Origin: Mustelus asterias
Lineage: Eukaryota
Direction of reading: 5' to 3'
Length of the DNA: 64,000 nt
Assembly (NCBI RefSeq): GCF_964213995.1
Contig: NC_135820.1
Span: forward strand, 5,456,001-5,520,000
Positions 47,401 through 59,400 of the stretch are shown here, one piece after another. A program made the position numbers and the translations under genes. The notes below the pieces were generated by a model. It worked only from the letters and a program-made list of their open reading frames with translations, was not told the origin of the DNA and did no database searches. Every line of letters begins with the position of its first letter. Positions within the stretch are counted from its first letter, which is position 1.

Positions 47401-50400
47401 GATGAAGTATTATGGTACCAGCCGCCACTAAAATACTGAGCAGCCATGATCTATTTGTAAGGGCTGGAGGTCATTTCTCCCCATTGTCTATCAATCAAAC
47501 TCTCAGCCATTACTGGTCCATTATATTATTTAACATTGTCGCTGACACATGGAGTGATAGAACATAGAACATAGAAAGGCTACAGCACAAATAGGCCCTT
47601 TGGCCCACAAGTTGCGCTGAACATGTCCCTACCTACTAGGCTTACCTATAACCCTCTATCTTACTAACTTCCATGAACTTATCCAAAAGTCTCTTAAAAG
47701 ACCCGATCGAATCCGCCTCCACCGCCACTACTGGCAGCCGATTCCACACACCCACCACCCTCTGAGTGAAAAACTTACCCCTAGTATCTCCTCTGTACCT
47801 ACTCCCCAGCACCCTAAACCTGTGACCTCTTGTGGCAACCATTCCAGCCCTGGGTAAAAGCCTCTGAGAATCCACTCTATCAATACCTCTCAACATCTTA
47901 TACACCTCTATCAGGTCACCACTCATCCTTCGCCTCTCGAAGGAGAAAAGACCGAGCTCTCTCAACCTATCCTCATAAGGCATGCCATCTAGTCCAGGCA
48001 ACATCCATGAAAATCTTCTCTGCACCCTTTCTATGGCTTCCACATCCTTTCTGTAATGAGGTGACCAGAACTGGGCACAGTACTCCAGGTGGGGTCTGAC
48101 CAGGGTCCTATACAGCTGCAGCATTATCTCCCGATTTCTAAACTCAATTCCTCTATTGATGAAGGCCAGTATTCCATACGCCCTCTTAATTACAGCCTCT
48201 ACCTGCGACGCTGCTTTGAGCGTCCTATGAACCCAGACCCCAAGATCCTTCTGATCTTCCATACTGCCAAGGGTCTTACCCTTAATATTATATTCTTTCA
48301 TCCTATTCGACCTGCCAAAATAAACCACCACACACTTATCTGGGTTGAAGTCCATCTGCCACTTCTCCGTCCAGTCTTGCATCTTATCTATGTCTCGTTG
48401 CAACTGCTGACATCCCTCTACACTATCCACAACCCCACCAACCTTTGTGTCATCAGCAAACTTGCCAACCCATCCTTCCACTTCCTCATCCAGGTCATTT
48501 ATAAAAATCACCAAGAGCAAGGATCCCAGAACAGATCCCTGGGGCACTCCACTGGTGACCGACCTCCATGCTGAAAAAGACCCATCTACAACCACTCTTT
48601 GCCTTCTGTGGGCAAGCCAGTTCTGAATCCACAAAGCAATGTCCCCTTGTATCCCATGCCCCTTCACTTTCTCAATAAGCCTTGCATGGGGCACCTTATC
48701 AAACGCATTGCTGAAATCCATATAAACTACATCTACTGCTCTTCCCTCATCTCTGTGTCTAGTTACATCTTCAAAAAATTCAATTCGGCTCGTAAGGCAT
48801 GATCTGCCTTAGAGTGATATGTGTGGCTAATAGATGTTTGTTTCTTAAGTTTCAGTTAATTTATTTGTGTCACAAGTAGGCTGACATTAACACTGCAATG
48901 AAGTTACTGTGAAAATCCCCTAGTCCCCACACTCCGGCACCTGTTCGGGTATACTGAGGGAGAATTTAGCATGGCCAATACACCTAACCAGCACGTCTTT
49001 CAGACTGTGGGAGGAAACCAGAGCACCCGGAGGAAACTCATGCAGACATGGGGAGAACGTGCGAACTCCGCACAGACAGTGACCCAAGCCAGGAATCGAA
49101 CCAGTGTCCCTGGTGCTGTGAGGTAGCAGTGCTAACCACTGTGCCACCACTATTATCCCACAGCTTGATTAATCGCTGATATCATGTAAGTCAGAAAATC
49201 AAATGATCATTAGTTTCTGTGTGGAGCTGCTGGGCTGTTGGTCTTGATGCTAAAACTGAGTTCAACGCCATTGGGAAAGTTAAGAATCCTCAATCAGGGA
49301 AGAATGGTCTCTGGGTTGAAAGGTTTATTGATTAGAAGTTCAGTCAGGTTGTTAGACAACTAACTGAAGTGAAGATGTCGAATGAATAGATGTTTAAGTT
49401 TAACTTATGCTTAAGCAATTAGACACCAATATTTTTCCAGTTTATTTAACAAATTAAACACCATATCTAGTAGAAATTCTTATTTTCTTGTGTTTTTAAA
49501 TTTTAATCTTTATTTTCTTATAGCACCAATGAACTTGTGTGTTTCAGATGCGCTTTGCAAACCAATCCTCAACTCCTCTATAGTATCAGTGGAAGGAAGT
49601 TCATTCTTATTGTATTGCAAAGCTTCAGGGATCCCCCCAGTCAATTTAACATTGAGTCGACGTGGTGTAGAGATCAGCAACTCTCCCATTGTGGAGCTGA
49701 AGCTCTTCATTCACAATGTCAGTTCTGAAGATGAAGGGGAATATTGGTGCGAGGCTGCAAATAATCTGGGCACCGCCAGGAGTTCCACACACATCTCCGT
49801 GCAGTGTAAGTGATGAGTGGGACCCTTCAGATACACACAGGGACATCAATAATGTCACTCCCATGAATTGTAACGGGTGTGTTGTTCCCCAATGTAAACA
49901 CACAATTACCACAGGGGTCAGTGTCAGGGATATTCCCAGAAAGGTCAGGGAAATTGGAGAAAGTGAACCAACTGATGGAATAACCCAACCCGGTTCTTGG
50001 AAATGTATTTCAGATTGAGTGTCAGCCAAATGGTGGGATGTGAGGCAAGTACAGAGGCAGCAATTTGTTCCCGGGGGGTGGGATTGTGTGGGAACTCGGC
50101 TGATTCCTGCAGTTAACACATGAGGCTTTTTGAGATTCCCCCGGCTGGGCCCTGATGTTCGAGAGAGTAACCTGATTGAATGCTGCTGAGGTGTTGCTCA
50201 GAACTGACAGATTCCCGGAGCGAGTCTGGGATTATTTAGAATCTGTATCCCAGCGATAGTCCATCATCTCCAGGACAGTTTATCTCACTGCTCATTGTAA
50301 ACTTACAACTGTCTTACTGATTTATTACAGATTAGGAAAATGACCACTCTGTTAAGCCATTAACCGGTTTAATGTGATTGATTCATGTTAAACTCATGGG

Positions 50401-53400
50401 GTGCCCAGTCCAGCAAAGTCTTATTTTTAGATTAGAAATAACTGTCTCGATTTTAAATCTCTCCATGAACTCTTCACTCATATCTGTATCACCTCCCACA
50501 GCTCCAGAAACCTCTGAGTCTCCACCCTCCCCGACCTCTGGGTCTCTTGTACACCCCAGACTTTAACGACTGGATCATTGCTGGCTGGGACTTCATCCAC
50601 TTGGGCGTGAATGTTTTAAATTCCCCATCCGAGACATTCTCTTGAGCTACTCTCCTCCTTTGAGATACCGCTTAAAATCAGGCCCTTACCCTGTTTGTGT
50701 TTGTCTAAAAGAAATCTCCTGATGTGATTGGTCTAAACTTCTGTTGGTTAATATGCCTCTGGAGTGATTTGTGGGCTGGAATTTTCCCACCCTGCCGGCC
50801 CCGGAATCGGGGTGGGCGAGGCTCGCAGAATGGAATTCTCCATTGGCCTCGGGCGGGATTTTACCCGCTCGCCCGAGCGAGGTCATAAAATCCCGGCAGT
50901 GATGTTTAGTTATGCCCCTGTCAATATATAAATGATTGTTTCTGTGACCAATTGGCACCGTTAGGGCTGGGTGCATCATCACCCCTGGGGTGGAGGTTTT
51001 AATGTTTTGCTTTTTTGTCACAGTGCCCTCACCACCCTCAGGGTCTCTCTCACCCCTTCATGCAACCCCCTCATTAATTTATCTTTGATTATTGTTTTTA
51101 ATTAAAAGGGTAAAATATTGTCAGTGACAGCCCTTTCATTACAGTTGGTTGGTTGTAAGCATAAGTTCATAGAATCATAGGATCCATACAGTGCAGAAGG
51201 AGGCCATTGGGCCCATCAAGGCTGCACTGACAACTATCCCATCCACCTATCCCCCACATATTTACCCTTCTAATCCCCCAAACACTAAGGGGCAATTGAG
51301 CATGGCCAATCCACCAAACCCACACATCTTTGGTGTGTGGGAGGAAACTGGAGCACTCGGAGGAAACCCACACAGACACGGGGAGAACGTGCAGAGTCCA
51401 CACAGGCAGTGACCCAGGGCCGGATGGAACCTGGGTTCCTGGCACTGTGAGGCAGCAATGTTGATAATCACTGTGCCACCATGCTGGCCTTAGTTGGATA
51501 GATTTATAAAATAAAACTGCATGAGTGAAAGGTTCTTAAATTCAACCCTCTTTTTTTTCCTGTATAGATAGACCCACAATAGTATCAGATCTGAACTGCA
51601 CCAGTTTGAAGAATGAGGTTCACTGTATCTGCCGTGTCAAAGCCAATCCTGCAGCAAACATCACATGGAACCTCGGTGGGAACATTTCGGTGGCAAACAT
51701 CACATGGAACATCACTGGGAACATTTCAGAGATTGCACCCCACTTGCTGGAGAGTTCCCTGAGACTGACTCACCCAACTGGATCTGAAAATCTGATCTTG
51801 TGTATGGCACAGAATGAGCACGGTGTCAGTGTGAGGGAATACCAGCTGGACTCACCAGAATATCCTGAACGTGAGTGAATACAGACTGCTCCCTCACTGA
51901 GACAACTGTTGAATAGCCATGGTGGAAATGCAAAATAATCTTTGACATTATACTGAGCCCATTGTCAATTTGAACAGACTCAGTGTCCATTCCCTGACTG
52001 AGTCAGCGTCTCACTGAAACTCTGTTCAGTGTATTCTCTGATTTTCTTGAATGCGTTTATGGATGCTTTTGTCAAAATCAGGATTAATTCACGTAAAAGC
52101 ATCTCACTCATAGAATCCTTACAGTGTAGTGCACTAAGGGGCAATTTAGCGTGGCCTAACCCACACAACTTTGGAGTGTGGGAGGAAACTGGAGCACCCG
52201 AAGGAAACCCACACAGACACAGGGAGAATGTGCAAACGTCACACATTAACCCAAGCCGGGAATTTAACCCGGGTCCCTGGTGCTGTGAGGCAACAGTGCT
52301 AACCACTGTGCTACCGTGCCATCCCAGTACTAATTTTTGAATATCGAATCAGTTAGACCGAAATATTCCTGTTCCGCCAACTGTGGGAATCGTACCGGGT
52401 ATGGGGTAGATCATGCAAAGGTCCATTGACATCGGGTGGGATTTTCCAGTTTTGGGGTGAGTGAGGCTGGAAAATCCTACCCTTAAAGTAGAATGTGGAT
52501 ATGTACTCCGTACCCGGGTTCTACCTGGAAATAGAATCCAAATGACAATGTTAATCTCATCTTGTGGAGTTAGGTATCACCCTGGTTGTGTATATGTTGC
52601 TCTGTATGTATGGTTCTGTGTAATTGTGTTCGGGACTGATGTTACGGTTTTTCAAAGCAGTTTGGTTGCATTGAGAGATTCGTGACTTGCTGGGCAGACT
52701 TAGAGATGTAAATGACATTGTACCTGCACTTTCCAATTCGCTTTAACATTATTTGAGTTCAACGTGGGTTTAATTATTTGCGTTCAACTCAAAGGGTGTG
52801 ATTTTCCAGCTGTGCTCACCCTCAGACTGGAAAATCCTGTCCGAGGTCATGGTCTGCCTCTCCCCACCATGGTTGCATGGTCTGCCTCTCCCCACCCGCT
52901 GTGATTCCTATAGGACGGGAAAATTCTGCCCAAAATGTTAATTTCAGCTTAACACGAGACACAAAGGCCAGAAGATCTGTGTGAAATCCAGTTCCGATTC
53001 TTATAAAGAGTTTAAATGCTGCCCTATCTTTATTAAAGTGAAGGATTCCCAATGCATTGTTAAATCACTTCAGGAGAGTTGTATAAAAATTGTAAAATCC
53101 TGAGTTTTAGGATTGGACAGCTATATAATATAACAATAACGATATATTCATGTTAACATACTTCTTTAATTCATTCATGGGATGTGGGCATCGCTGGCTG
53201 GGCCAGCATTTATTGCCCGTCCCTAATTGCCCCATTTCAGGGGACATTTGAGAGTTAACCACATTGTTGAGGCTCTGGAGTCACATGTCGGCCAGACCAC
53301 GAAAGGACGACAGATTTCCTTCCCTAAAGGGCCATGAGTGAAGTAGATGTATTTTTACAACAATCAGCATGGTCATCATTTAATTCCAGAATCCTATTGT

Positions 53401-56400
53401 TGTGGTGGGATTTGAACCCGGGTCCCCAGAACATTACCCTGGATTACTAGTCCAGGGAAAATACCAGTATACCGCTGCCTCTTCATTAGATGTAACAGTG
53501 CTGCATGCAGATATACATTGTATCTTATTGTCATCTTGTAATTTAGAACTATAATGCCCAACAAGACTTTTTTTTATATTTTAGGAACTTTTCCCTGGTG
53601 GATCGTCATCCTGATAGTTACGGCTGCAGCTATTATTCTGATTCTCATCATGGTGAAGGTGCAGAGGTATGTGTGTGCTTCCTAAATACTGAAACTCACA
53701 TGGTCATCACAAATTTGAAAGGCTTTCAGGGGGCTGAGAGGAGGGTTGTCGGGATTTCTGCAGATGAGGAACGATTGTTCAAAGTGGTACGCCCGGAGAT
53801 TCCCTGAGAAGTGTTGTGAAGGGGGAGAGTGAATGGAGGCCAGGTCTTCATGTGGGGAAGATAGGGAAATGGCAAATTCTCCAAGTCCCCTGGTCAGTCT
53901 ATCACTGACTTCTGCCGGCAATCATGTTCTAGACTTTTGGTTTGGTCGGTGCCTTTGTGTTATGTACTTAAGTGGTTGAAGGATTGCTTTAGGAGCAGGT
54001 CGCATGATTTGATGGTGATGTCATTAGGGTGTTTCAGAGGCTCCTGCTTTTAGAACATAGAACATAGAACAGTACAGCACAGAACAGGTCCTTCGGCCCA
54101 CGATGTTGTGCCGAGCTTTATCTGAAACCAAGATCAAGCTATCCCACTCCCTATCATCCTGGTGTGCTCCATGTGCCTATCCAATAACCACTTAAATGTT
54201 CCTAAAGTGTCTGACTCCACTATCACTGCAGGCAGTCCATTCCACACCCCAACCACTCTCTGCGTAGAGAACCTATCGCTAATATCCTTCCTATATCTCC
54301 CACCACGAACCCTATAGTTATGCCCCCTTGTAATAGCTCCATCCACCCGAGGAAATAGTCTTTGAACGTTCACTCTATCTATCCCCTTCATCATTTTATA
54401 AACCTCTATTAAGTCTCCCCTCAGCCTCCTCCGCTCCAGAGAGAACAGCCCTAGCTCCCTCAACCTTTCCTCATAAGACCTACCCTCCAAACCAGGCAGC
54501 AACCTGGTAAATCTCCTCTGCACTCTTTCCAGCGCTTCCACATCCTTCTTATAGTGAGGTGACCCGAACTGCACACAATATTCCAAATGTTGGAATTTCA
54601 GTTTGTCCTCTGTGCAGGCAAGAGCTCCTTCAATAAATCTGTTGTTGTTACTTTGAATCTACATGTGCAAGCCACATCTTTTTTTCTTTTTGTGTAAAAC
54701 TCAATAATTAGGACATTACACTTTCCCTGCAGTGTTGTAAAATAAAATATGGGTTTAGACTTCAGAATTAAGTATAGAAACAGAATATCCCCCTCACACT
54801 GTACCGCAGTGGGGCATTGTGAGAGATGCTGTCTCTCCTAACAGATGTGTAACCCAAAACACCCTCAATTAGCAGAAACAGATGCTAAGGTATTAGCGCA
54901 AGAGGAGTGAGGTTCTATCACTATCATCCCAAACAGGCAACCCACCACAATAGAATAATTGATCAGTTGTCACCAAGCTGTTTTATGGGGACCAGGACTG
55001 CATTAAAGGACTTCCACATTTGAAACAATTCCCATAAAATTCAAGAAGAATTGAGATGTGCACTTGTAATGCCAAGGCACACAAGGCTACGGACCGAGTG
55101 CTGGGAAATGGGATCAGATCTTTGACTGGCGCAGGTGTGATGGGCCGAAGGGCATTTTTCTATGCTGTACACCTCTATGATGCTGACAATCTGGTTACAC
55201 TTTCAAAATTAAATAATGACCTGGGCAAGTTCGTTCTGGCTGGTTTGGACTGGAATAGTCAAACAACAGATTTGCATTACTGTAGTAACCTTATTCTTCC
55301 CCGAGGGTTTAACGGCGGGCGGGGCGGGGGGGGTGGCGCGGAGGCAGAATAGAACATAGTGAGGAGGCAAATTTGAAACAGCGGATGGTGTTGGAGACAA
55401 ATTTCAAAGCAGCAGATAGTGTAAGAAGCAGTGACAACCCAGTGCAAACAGTAAGAAGTCTCACAAAACCAGGTTAAAGTCCAACAGGTTTATTTCATAT
55501 CACGAGCTTTTGGAGCGCTGCCCCTTCATCAGGGGCGGCACGGTAGCACAGTGGTTAGCACTGCTGCTTCACAGCTCCAGGGATCTGGGTTCGATTCCCG
55601 GCTTGGGTCACTGTCTGTGTGGAGTTTGCACATTCTTCCTGTGTCTGCGTGGGTTTCCTCCGGGTGCTCCGGTTTCCTCCCACAGTCCAAAGATGTGCGG
55701 GTTAGGTTAATTGGCCATGCTAAATTGCCCCTTAGTGTCCCGGGATGCATAGGTTAGAGGGATTAGCGAGTAAATATATGGGGATAGAGCCTGGGTGGGA
55801 TTGTGGTCGGTGCAGACTCGATGGGCCGAATGGCCTCTTTCTGCACTGTAGGGTTTCTATGATTGATCTATGATTGAGGTGAGTCATCTTGTGAGACTTC
55901 TTACTGTGCCTACCCGAGTTCGATGCCGGCATCTCCACATCAATCCAGCGCAAAGGCATTTGTTTATGGAGGATCTTACCACGGGAGCATTTACAAGTTC
56001 AAATCAGACCTGTTTGACCCACATTACAAACCCACATTCATTGATCCATCAAATCCTGGATTGAGACTTCAACACCATCAGGCTCTGAGATAGAGACAGT
56101 ACACTCTCTGTGGGATGATCAAGGGATTTAAAGAGAAGTATTTGTCTGACGCATAGCGGGAATTTTCTTATTAACATCCACAAGCTTGTTGTCAACATTT
56201 TTTTCTAACTCTGCTGACGTTATTTAGTCTCCACGAGTCACATCACAAAATTACATCTGAATATCTAAACTAACAATAGCAATGGACTGGTCAATTTATC
56301 AAAAATAAAAAAACTGGGACCAATCGAATTGAAGTAACTCCAGAACTTCGGACAAGTCATGAATGCAAAGATATTAAACAATAAATCATAGGAGATGTTT

Positions 56401-59400
56401 GTGTTTGAAAAATGAAGACTTGGCCCTTGCTTGAACCCCAATGCCTGGTATCACAGCACAAAGATGTGTATCTATTTTTTAATTATTCATTTACAGGAAG
56501 TGGGTGTCGCTGACTTGGACAGCATTTATTGTCCATTCCTAATTGGGAGTAAATAGAATCCATAGAATCCCTACAATACAGAAGGAGGCTTTTCGGCCCA
56601 TTGAGTCTGTACCGACCACAATCCCACCCAGACCCTACTCCCGTAACCCTCGTTTATCCTGCTAATCCCCCTGACACTGGTCAATTTAGCATGGCCAATC
56701 AACCTAACCCGCACATCTTTGGACTGTGGGAGGAAACCTTCAATGTTTAAGGTAGTGGATGAAGTGCCAATCAAGTGGGGCTGTTTTGCCCCGGATGGTG
56801 TTGAGCTCCTCGAGTGTTGTTGGAGTTGCGCTCAAACAGGCAAGTGGAGAGTATTCCATCCCACTCCTGACTTGTGCCTTGGAGATGGTGGGCAGGCTTT
56901 GGGGGAGTCAGGAGGTGGATATCTCAATGAACTCTCAATATCTCAATGAGCTGGGGATGAGAAAAATATCAGCCATGATTGAATGGCAGAGCAGACTCAA
57001 TGGGCCAAGTGGCCTAATTCTGCTCCTATGTCTTATGGTCTCTCACATGGATGAGTGAATGAAATGGTTTGTTGCCTCCAATTCACCAGAACAGAATGAA
57101 GAAACTATAAACCCTTTAACTTTAAGAAAGTGATATTGGAAACGTAAGATATTATAATTAGGAGGAGGTGGGGCGGAGAGGTTGGGTGCAGGCTAGCTGT
57201 GAGGAGGAGATGGGGGGTTCCAGTTGGGAGGGAGGGAAGATATATTTGGCCATGATAGCTCAAACATGGTGGTACAGGGTGCCTCTGATAGGTCACCTGA
57301 TCCTTTCTTGCTCATCGTAACCATACATGGAAGTCCTGCTGAAATTTTTAAAAGTTTTTTTGTTGAGGCAGGGGTTTAATCTCTTCCTCCTGCTCTGTAT
57401 TTAAAGAAAAATGTCTGAAAATCCTACTGGTTAACAAGATGGGAACTTTCTACGCGAAACACTTGTTTGCTGCTTAATACAATGTTAAGACTCTGTAAGA
57501 AAATCCAACACAGGGTTAGCAATCTGTAACTCTCCCTTATACTTATTAAAGCTACACCGGGTTTTTCTTACAATAAACTACCTGTTATTTAAAAAATGAA
57601 ACATTGTTTGTGCTATCAGGAAGAAGACAAGTGACATCGTCTCTGTCCCAGAAATCAGTGATGATTCAGTGACTTACGCTGCGGTGAGACATTCGCTGAA
57701 CACCCAGGTAAGGAAGGAAAAAGAAACTCACCAAATGCAAAGGAGATATCTACCTGATTGGTCAGAAACAAATTTTTAAACAATGTGAATTTTATTCTCC
57801 AAAAAAATATCTACATTTCATATCAAACATTCTCAGGTGGTTTCTTTTTGGAAGGAAATCATTAATTGACAGAACAGACAATGTTACTCGGGGAGGAGGG
57901 GGGGGGGGGGGAAGAATCCCTACAGTGCAGAAGAAGGCCATTTGGCCCATCGAATCTGCACTGACTCTCCAAAAGAGCACTCTACCTACGCCCACTCCCC
58001 TGCCCTATTCCTGTAACCCCACACATTTAGCATGGCCAATCCATCGAATCTATACATCTTTGGACATTAAGGCGCAATTTAGTATGGCCAATCCATCTAA
58101 CCTTGGTAATGAATTCCACACATTCACCACCCTCTGGGTGAAGAATGTGTAGAATTCACTACCACAGAAAGTAGTTGAGACCAAAACGTTGTGTGATTTC
58201 AAGAAGAAATTAGATACTGCTCTTGGGGCTAAAGGGATCAAGGATACGGGGCGAAGGGAGGGATCAGGATATTGAATTTGATGGTCAGCCATGTCTTTGG
58301 ACTGTGGGAGGAAACCAGAGCACCCGGAGGAAACCCACTCAGACATGGGGAGAACGTGCAGACTCCACACAGACAGTGGAACAGGCTCAAAGGGCTGAAC
58401 GGCCTCCTCCTGCTTCTATGAAATCTGCACAGCATTGGACACTAAGGGTCAATTTAGCATGGCCAATCCACCTAACCTACACATCTTTGGACTGTGGGAG
58501 GAAACCAGAGCACCCGGAGGAAACCCACTCAGACATGGGGAGAACGTGCAGACTCCACACAGACAGTGACCCAAGCCAGGAATTGAACACGGGTTCCTGG
58601 TGCTGTGAGACAGCAGTGCTAACCACTGTGCTACCGTGCCGCCCATGACCTTACACCCTCCCCTTTTCGCTGTGTGAAGCAACTGCTGCTGTCTCCGAGC
58701 ACTGGCGATGGCAGGCAGACGCAGCCTGGGTGAGGGACTTCGGCCTCACTCACCTGTGCGGGTACATTGCCTTTGCACTGCCTCCTCACTCTGTGAAGCT
58801 GTTGCTGTGTCTGAGGGTGATTATTGGGGGATCAGAAGGGAAATTAATCATCTTAGAAACTGATTTGACAGTGGGGACTGCACAGCCTAAAATCATTTCA
58901 GAAACAGCCAACTGCTGCGATGGAAGATCTTTTGTTTCTGAGCGATTGAATGAATTGAGAAAGAAGTTCAAAGCCTCTCTCCCCCCACAAACCTGTTCCT
59001 CTATCTTGTGATTGAAGTGATACAATGCCATCCTCTGCTGGTGGACGGATGCTACTGCACAAGAGGATGGGGAAATCACCAGAAATTCAATAAAAGGGAT
59101 ACTTCAGGTAAAATGACAGAAAAATAACAACAGATGCCTTCCAGTTACATTAGATCCTGCAGTTTGGATTCTCAACAGGGTCAGGTAGAATAAGGGGTTT
59201 GAAAAAAACAAACAGCATCAGTGTATTTTGTAACCAGCTGGAATTTCAGCCTTGGATTTATGGTGCTGTTTTTATCCCAGGGAAGGGGGAGTGGGGGGGG
59301 GAGAGAGGGAGGGTGGACGGAGGAAGGGGGCGGGGGGGGGGGGGGGGGGGGTGATCCCTGTCCAGGAAGTGGGTGAGAAATGGCCAACCACATGGGAGAA

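Noticed and set aside
59010-59110. Additional cytoplasmic exon ending at TTCAG|GTAAAA
   Set aside because: A donor-like site is present, but I found no convincing phase-0 acceptor, and the flanking exons already join in frame.
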